Below, piece after piece: positions 58,510-64,000 of a DNA stretch of 64,000 nt. Both the position numbers and the translations under genes were made by a program. The notes beneath the pieces are model-generated. The model was not told where the DNA came from, did not search any database, and saw nothing but the letters and a program-made list of their open reading frames with translations. Source of the DNA: Nitrospina sp. (GTDB lineage Bacteria; Nitrospinota; Nitrospinia; Nitrospinales; VA-1). The DNA is taken from the NCBI GenBank assembly GCA_018653085.1, contig JABIAY010000046.1:48883-112882 (forward strand). Reading direction: 5' to 3'. Each line of letters starts with the position of its first letter. Position 1 is the stretch's first letter.

Positions 58510-59394
58510 CTAGGGAGTGCGGGCAAAAGAGCTCTGCCCCTCCAGGGTTTTCAACTGTTCTTTTTCGTGCTCGGAAAGGATTTTATAAATTTCCAGAATG
58601 CTCCGGTGAATATAGGGGTCGTCATTTTTCAGAGCCAGTGCTGACCAGTAACGGGAGAGGGCTTCTTTGAACATGGTTTTTTTCTTATACAGGTCTCCCA
58701 GCTTGACATAAACATCCAACCGGTCCGGCTCCAGAACTGAAACCCTTTCAAAAAAGTTCACCGCCTCAAGATAATCTCCTGACCGCTCATACTCCGCACC
58801 CAGAGTTTCCAGGTATGCGGGGTTCTCTGTTTCCAGATCGCTGGCCTGTCTCAGATGCTCAACACCTGTAGCGAATTTTTCCTGCTTCAGGTGCAATCGC
58901 CCTAACCGGTAGTGGGTGAGCGCATGCCGGTTATCAATGCTCAAGGCTTTCAGGTAATTTTTCTCCGCCTCGGCAAGCTTTCCTTCCCGCTCCTTAAACT
59001 CGCCCAATGCGCTCAGAGGATAGGCCGAGTCTGGATTTTTATTTGCCGCGGTTTCAAGTTGCTCAAAAGCTTCTTCGTGGTTTCCCTTGTTGTAAAAAAT
59101 TCCCGCCAGATTAATGCGGCTGAAAGAGTCTTCGATGATTTTCAGGACATCCTGGTACAGTTTTTCAGCCTGGTCGGTTTTGCCTTGATCCTGATACACG
59201 ACTGCCAGGTTGTACATGGCGAACGTGTCATTGGTATTTTGTCTGAGAGCCAGTTTGTATTCTTCAATCGCCTTGGCGTAGTCCTGATTGTCATAATGCT
59301 CCACGCCCTTGTTGAAATGGCTGTTTATCGGGGCGGGAACATTGGCGCAACCAAAAAAAAGTATTGCCACTAATATGTTGAGAAAATTTCTCAT
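58510..59394 (-). CDS. TPR-repeat lipoprotein
   Basis: Lipobox FFGC; tandem TPRs. Confidence 0.85.
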   Translation of the reverse strand: MRNFLNILVAILFFGCANVPAPINSHFNKGVEHYDNQDYAKAIEEYKLALRQNTNDTFAMYNLAVVYQDQGKTDQAEKLYQDVLKIIEDSFSRINLAGIFYNKGNHEEAFEQLETAANKNPDSAYPLSALGEFKEREGKLAEAEKNYLKALSIDNRHALTHYRLGRLHLKQEKFATGVEHLRQASDLETENPAYLETLGAEYERSGDYLEAVNFFERVSVLEPDRLDVYVKLGDLYKKKTMFKEALSRYWSALALKNDDPYIHRSILEIYKILSEHEKEQLKTLEGQSSFARTP

Positions 59395-59400
59395 CGTTGC

Positions 59401-60510
59401 CTAATTGACCTTGTCCAGACGTTTCATGCGCAGTTCCGGTTGGCCCGGAGCCGTGGCCTCTGCCTGAGGAACAACCGCTTCATCGGATTTGCGGACCAGT
59501 TTCCAGGGATTGCGTTTCAGGTCTTCGGTCAGGGATTTCAAGTTCCGCGACGTTTCGTTCATGTTCTGGAGAAGCTGAAGCAGGTTCCTGCGGTTTTCTA
59601 TCATGATCGAATTGCTCTGGCCCAGGGTTTCCCCAACAGTAGTCGCGGTACGGTCTATATCCAGAGTGATTTCCCGCGCATTAGTTTCCATGCTATTGAT
59701 CAAGCTGGTTACACCCGGTCGGGTGTCAGCAAGCAGGATTTCCATTTCCCGCGTCAGGTTATGCATCTGGTCAATGGTCTCGCGGATGCCTGCATCCTTG
59801 TCGGTGAACAGTTTGTCGGTTTTTTCCGAAACCGAAGCCGCGTGGTCCAGAGTGGTTTGCAGTTTGCCGCTGTTTTTATCTAGCATGTTGGAAACTTTTT
59901 CGGAAATCTTCAGGACATTTTCCATATTGGCCCGGACATATTTGCGGTTCTCCGTCAATATCGTATCCACATTAGCGAGAGAGGTCCGCACATCTTTCAA
60001 TGTGGCCCGACCATCGACAACGAGTTCTTCAGTTAATTGGGTAAAACGCCGGATCTCCAGCACCACCTCGGTAGCCATATCGCCGATCTTGGCAATTTCA
60101 AACGAGTCTTCTCCGAGCAACTCCTCACCTTCCCCTAAAGGCGGCGAGCCCTGGGTGCCGGGTCGCACATCAATATAGAGTCCGCCCATCAGCCCGGAAG
60201 TTTTGATCATGGCAACAGAATTCTTTTTAATGGTGATCTTGGGGTTGATCTCTGCCACCACGGCAACCCGATCCTGGCTTTTATCATCGCCCAGCAGTTC
60301 GATGTCCCGGACCGAGCCAATGTCGAGCCCGGCATAGCGTACCGGCGCACCCACTTCCATCCCACCGGTGAAATTGAACACGATGCGCAACACCCTCCTG
60401 GGCTTGAAGTAGTCCTGAATATTTCCCAGCATAAAGATCATAACGATCAGGCCCAACATGCTGACGAAAATAAAAAACCCGGCTTTAATTTCTGAGGAAC
60501 GGTATTCCAT
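59401..60510 (-). CDS. mlaD: MlaD/MCE-family protein with long helical C-terminus
   Basis: GGMEVGAPVRYAGLDIGSV, TSGLMG..YIDV.PG, NPW. Confidence 0.85.
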   Translation of the reverse strand: MEYRSSEIKAGFFIFVSMLGLIVMIFMLGNIQDYFKPRRVLRIVFNFTGGMEVGAPVRYAGLDIGSVRDIELLGDDKSQDRVAVVAEINPKITIKKNSVAMIKTSGLMGGLYIDVRPGTQGSPPLGEGEELLGEDSFEIAKIGDMATEVVLEIRRFTQLTEELVVDGRATLKDVRTSLANVDTILTENRKYVRANMENVLKISEKVSNMLDKNSGKLQTTLDHAASVSEKTDKLFTDKDAGIRETIDQMHNLTREMEILLADTRPGVTSLINSMETNAREITLDIDRTATTVGETLGQSNSIMIENRRNLLQLLQNMNETSRNLKSLTEDLKRNPWKLVRKSDEAVVPQAEATAPGQPELRMKRLDKVN

Positions 60511-60513
60511 AAT

Positions 60514-61320
60514 TTAGACTCGGCTCATTTCTTTAAGTTCTTCTCCATAATCGGTCATGCTTTTGCTGAACGGAATGGGTCCGTCCGGACTGCCTTCGAT
60601 AAACTGGGTCACTTTAGGATCATTGCTGTTTCTGATTTCTTCCGGCGTTCCCTCTGCGATGATCTTGCCTTTAAACAGCATAATGATTTTATCCGAAATA
60701 CGCATGGCACTGGGGATTTCGTGCGTGACCACCACCGAGGTGATGCCCATTTTCTTGCTGAGGTCCATGATCAGCTTGTCAATCACACCAATGGAAATTG
60801 GGTCCAGTCCGGCTGACGGTTCATCATAAAAAACAATTTTAGGGTCCAAAGCGATGGCCCGGGCCAAGGCAATGCGCTTGATCATGCCGCCGGAAAGCTG
60901 GGACGGCTTGAGGTGCTCAGCCCCTCTTAGTCCGACCATTTCCAGTTTCATTTTGACCATGATAAGAATGGTGCCTTCGTTGAGGTCGGTATGTTCCCGC
61001 ATGGGCAAGGCTACATTGTCCTCCACCGTCAGGGAGTTGAACAGGGCCCCACTCTGGAACATGATGCCGAATTTTTTGCGGACTCTGTTGATCGCCTCGC
61101 CCCTGAGATGAGTGGCTTCTTCATCGTCGATCCAGATTTCTCCCGAGTCGGGACGATAGGCCCCTATCAAATGCTTGAGGACGGTGCTCTTGCCACTGCC
61201 GCTACCGCCGATGATGGAAGTGATCTGGCCCTTTTCCATGTGGGCGTTGAAATCTTCCAGCACGGTGATGCGTTTGTCGCCTTCCCCAAACGATTTTCTC
61301 AGGTTCTTAACACGTATCAT
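60514..61320 (-). CDS. mlaF: MlaF/Mkl ABC transporter ATPase
   Basis: GGSGSGKS, FQSGALFNSLTV, LSGGM, YDEPSAGLDP. Confidence 0.9.
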   Translation of the reverse strand: MIRVKNLRKSFGEGDKRITVLEDFNAHMEKGQITSIIGGSGSGKSTVLKHLIGAYRPDSGEIWIDDEEATHLRGEAINRVRKKFGIMFQSGALFNSLTVEDNVALPMREHTDLNEGTILIMVKMKLEMVGLRGAEHLKPSQLSGGMIKRIALARAIALDPKIVFYDEPSAGLDPISIGVIDKLIMDLSKKMGITSVVVTHEIPSAMRISDKIIMLFKGKIIAEGTPEEIRNSNDPKVTQFIEGSPDGPIPFSKSMTDYGEELKEMSRV

Positions 61321-62138
61321 CAGAGTACAAAGAAAAATAAAGATGTGAATATCAGATCGGCGATGATCACCAGAATCATCGAGACCACCACTGCGGTACG
61401 GGTATTCTGCCCGACCATTTCCGCTCCGCCTTCGATAATGAAAGCCATGTAACTGCCAACCATGACGATGATGACGGCGAACACCGCGCTCTTGACCAGC
61501 CCGGTCACCACATCTTTAATCACCATCGCGTCCAGCGAGTTGTTGACATACGTCACCGGGTCGATTCCTAATGTGGTGACACCAATCAAAAACCCGCCTA
61601 AAATTCCCATCAGGTCTGCCATGATGGTCAGACACGGGAGCATAATTAAAAGAGCCAGAAACCGGGGAGTGATTAAAAACTTTACCGGATTCAATGCCAT
61701 GATCTCAAGAGCCAGAATCTCATCGGAAACTTTCATCGTTCCCATTTCGGCGGTGAACGCGGCCCCAACCCGACCGGACATGACCAGCGCTGTCATCAAC
61801 GGTCCCAACTCACGCAAAATGGCAACGCCTACCAAAGCGCCGACAAACTCCAGAGCTCCCAACCGGCTCAACTGATGCGCCGACTGAAACGCAAGAATGA
61901 CCCCGATCAGAAACGAAACCAGAAAAACGATGGTGGTGGACTTGACCCCAACCTCCTCCATCTGCGTCCACACCGGGCGCCATTTATTGGGTTTGCCACG
62001 CAGGGGTTCTATAAAGGTGCAATACAAAGTGGCACGGGTGAGATAATACAATCCGCTGATTTCCTTGAAAAAACTTTCAAAGACACCGGCAAATTCGAAT
62101 CCCCTTCTCCCGATAAATCCAAAAAATGTTCTGACCAT
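61320..62138 (-). CDS. mlaE: MlaE ABC transporter permease
   Basis: RELGPLMTA, GRVGAAFTAEMGTMKVSDEI, GGAEMVG..T..AVV. Confidence 0.92.
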   Translation of the reverse strand: MVRTFFGFIGRRGFEFAGVFESFFKEISGLYYLTRATLYCTFIEPLRGKPNKWRPVWTQMEEVGVKSTTIVFLVSFLIGVILAFQSAHQLSRLGALEFVGALVGVAILRELGPLMTALVMSGRVGAAFTAEMGTMKVSDEILALEIMALNPVKFLITPRFLALLIMLPCLTIMADLMGILGGFLIGVTTLGIDPVTYVNNSLDAMVIKDVVTGLVKSAVFAVIIVMVGSYMAFIIEGGAEMVGQNTRTAVVVSMILVIIADLIFTSLFFFVL

Positions 62139-62174
62139 GAATCTCTCCCCGAGCGGCGAACCGCCGCAGGTAAC

Positions 62175-62434
62175 TTGCAATCACTTTTGCTGGCAAGCAA
62201 AGAGAGATCTCGGCTTAATGAAGCCCTTGCCCTTTGCTTTCCCGGCGTGCTCTGACGAACCTCATATTTAGAAGCCCAACGGTTATTGTTCGCCTAAAAG
62301 GTTCTGACCTATTGCCTATCGGGGCTACCCGACCCACTCCCGTGGGAGGGGTAAACTAGCAACCACTCTTCAAGCCGAGCTAAACTTTAGTTTGCCAGAA
62401 AAAGCTATTGCACACTGGCCCCACGCCTAGTGGG
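62175..62434. repeat. two modular repeat units in opposite orientation (B forward; A-B-C reverse)
   Basis: TGCAATCACTTTTGCTGGCAAGCAAAGAGAGATCTCGGCTTAA; CCCACTCCCGTGGGAGGG...AAGCTATTGCACACTGGCCCCACGCCTAGTGGG. Confidence 0.88.
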
Positions 62435-62762
62435 CGAGGGCTTGTTCTTTTGAATCGAAAACTTCAAATACTGTTAGCAGGCGTGCGATCTCAAACACGT
62501 CCTTGACGCCGGGAGTTAAAGCCGCAAGCCGAAACTTGTTGTTGCTACTGTGGCTCCACTGCAATCCCTCTACAAGAGTGGCTATCCCGGAACTGTCGAT
62601 ATAGGAAACTCCCGACAAATCCACAACGACAACCTTATTGTTGTTTTGAAATAGGGGAGTCAAAGCATCTCGCATCTGCGTTGAAGAACTCATATCAATA
62701 TCGCCGCTGACTGTTATCGTCACCGAACCCTCGGTCTTATCCAGTTTTAAATCTATGGCCAT
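62427..62762 (-). CDS. STAS-domain anti-sigma factor antagonist
   Basis: GDID, VVDLSGVSYIDSSGIATLV, VFEIARL. Confidence 0.92.
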   Translation of the reverse strand: MAIDLKLDKTEGSVTITVSGDIDMSSSTQMRDALTPLFQNNNKVVVVDLSGVSYIDSSGIATLVEGLQWSHSSNNKFRLAALTPGVKDVFEIARLLTVFEVFDSKEQALAH

Positions 62763-62764
62763 GG

Positions 62765-63208
62765 TTATCCCTTGTCCTTATCGTGCGCGGAGGTAAGTTC
62801 GGTTTTTAATTTTTTCATCATGGTCAGCAAAGTCCCCTTCGCCCGGTTGGTGCAATAGCTGACCTCGTCCATAATTTCATTCATAAAATGCGTGCCCAGT
62901 CCGCCTGGTTTTATGTCATCCAGGCGACGCGGTTTTATCTGGCTGGTGTCGCATTGCTTGCCGTAGTCGCGAATCTGAACCTTGAAGTCATCTCCCTCGA
63001 TGGTAAAGGTAGCCTCGATGGGTTCATCGCAGGGGCCATCGTAACCATGCTTGATAACATTTGCGCAAGCCTCATCCACACAAAGGATCAGGCGACGGGC
63101 CGTATCAGCGGGAACCTCATGGCTGTCCAAAAGTTCCTGCAAAACTTTACGGATCAACCCCAGATATTTGGGATCGCCCGGAATAGATAATTTTATCGGT
63201 GGGGCCAT
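62765..63208 (-). CDS. RsbW/SpoIIAB-like anti-sigma factor serine kinase
   Basis: VDEACANVIKHGY, IRDYG, GGLG..FM...MD.V. Confidence 0.9.
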   Translation of the reverse strand: MAPPIKLSIPGDPKYLGLIRKVLQELLDSHEVPADTARRLILCVDEACANVIKHGYDGPCDEPIEATFTIEGDDFKVQIRDYGKQCDTSQIKPRRLDDIKPGGLGTHFMNEIMDEVSYCTNRAKGTLLTMMKKLKTELTSAHDKDKG

Positions 63209-63368
63209 AGTATCAACTTATTGGTTTTTAAAAAGAGAAGCCGGTAGATTCCAGAATCCACCATTATTCAATGATATCACCCGCTAGCGCGGGAGGCAAC
63301 CCACTACGTGGGAGGAAGCACTGAGGGGCTAAAAAAAGGGCAAGTGGTTCCGATCCCTGAACAATGCC

Positions 63369-63414
63369 GGGTCCAGCGTCACGCTGGTTGCTAGTCGGCC
63401 CCACGCCTAGTGGG
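63369..63414 (-). repeat. modular intergenic repeat (A-D, reverse)
   Basis: GGGTCCAGCGTCACGCTGG...GGCCCCACGCCTAGTGGG. Confidence 0.85.
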
Positions 63415-63430
63415 TTGCGTTTTTCGTGGG

Positions 63431-64000
63431 TCAGTTGACCAGTTTGGAATATTTTTTGGAGATCCAGCCTTTTTTGCCTTTTTGGTACTCAATCAGGAAC
63501 CAGTCTTTAGACTCCTGAAAAACCGGCACAACCGAATCTTTGGGAAGCTGCGCCACTACTTTGGACCGGGCATCCGGTGTCTCCCGCACTCTAAGCGGGG
63601 TGGCTCGGGTCATAATCCGCACCCGTTTTGTCGGCTTGGGTTCAGGGGCTGGCGGGGACACCATGGCTGGTTGTTCCCGTTTCATTTCCATACCCGGATC
63701 AGGAACCGGCTCGGTCATAGGGGGTTCAGGCTGTTTCATCGCTGGCGACTCAGGTGTTTCTTCTTCCATCACAGGATCCATCATTTCATCCTGCATCTCT
63801 TCGGACATTTCCTCGTCGTCAGGTTTCTCAGTCTCCGCTACGATTTCTATTGTTTCTTTGCGAATAGGCGGAGCAGGGGGTACCGTTTCCATCGGTTCCG
63901 GGACAAAAACTTCGGGGACCATAGCCTCATCCAGAGACCGGGTGGGCCTTTGCCCGGGAACGGGCTCACCCTGCATTTCCGGGAATTCTCCCAGTGGGGC
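63431..64000 (-). CDS. Pro/Glu-rich protein with C-terminal bacterial SH3 domain, 5' end outside the window
   Basis: LRVRETP....KVV..L......W..I......GWIS; the frame stays open to the window edge. Confidence 0.8.
   Translation of the reverse strand, partial: APLGEFPEMQGEPVPGQRPTRSLDEAMVPEVFVPEPMETVPPAPPIRKETIEIVAETEKPDDEEMSEEMQDEMMDPVMEEETPESPAMKQPEPPMTEPVPDPGMEMKREQPAMVSPPAPEPKPTKRVRIMTRATPLRVRETPDARSKVVAQLPKDSVVPVFQESKDWFLIEYQKGKKGWISKKYSKLVN

Overview
A gene-dense bacterial chromosomal window with no CRISPR array, rRNA, integrase or intact transposase. Gene content (ppdK, futalosine-type mqnA, DUF4911-mnmG, ExeA/B, Na+-PPase, many TPR/LRR/FG-GAP/pentapeptide proteins) suggests a Nitrospinota-like or deltaproteobacteria-like diderm; this is inference only. 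It carries housekeeping genes (glyQ/glyS, apt, mnmG, ribF, hisI/hisG, pth-rplY-prs-tRNA-Gln-ispE, mlaEFD), tRNA-Leu(CAG) and tRNA-Gln(TTG). The most notable signals are four. (1) A modular ~100-nt palindromic intergenic repeat family occurs at about 15 sites. It usually starts right at stop codons, supplies one stop codon and a probable RBS, forms the hisI-hisG leader, and reads in frame into an RluA ORF. (2) A stand-alone FkbH-ACP-MaoC-FabG plus acyltransferase, deacetylase, two radical SAM enzymes and glycosyltransferases suggests an uncharacterised glyceryl/lactyl-glycan tailoring pathway. (3) A membrane-anchored NB-ARC-TPR (NLR-like) gene separates glyQ from glyS. (4) There is an orphan lysozyme-like/MuF fusion, and an RsbW/STAS pair heads an Mla operon. 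All calls come from reading motifs by eye; no database search was run.
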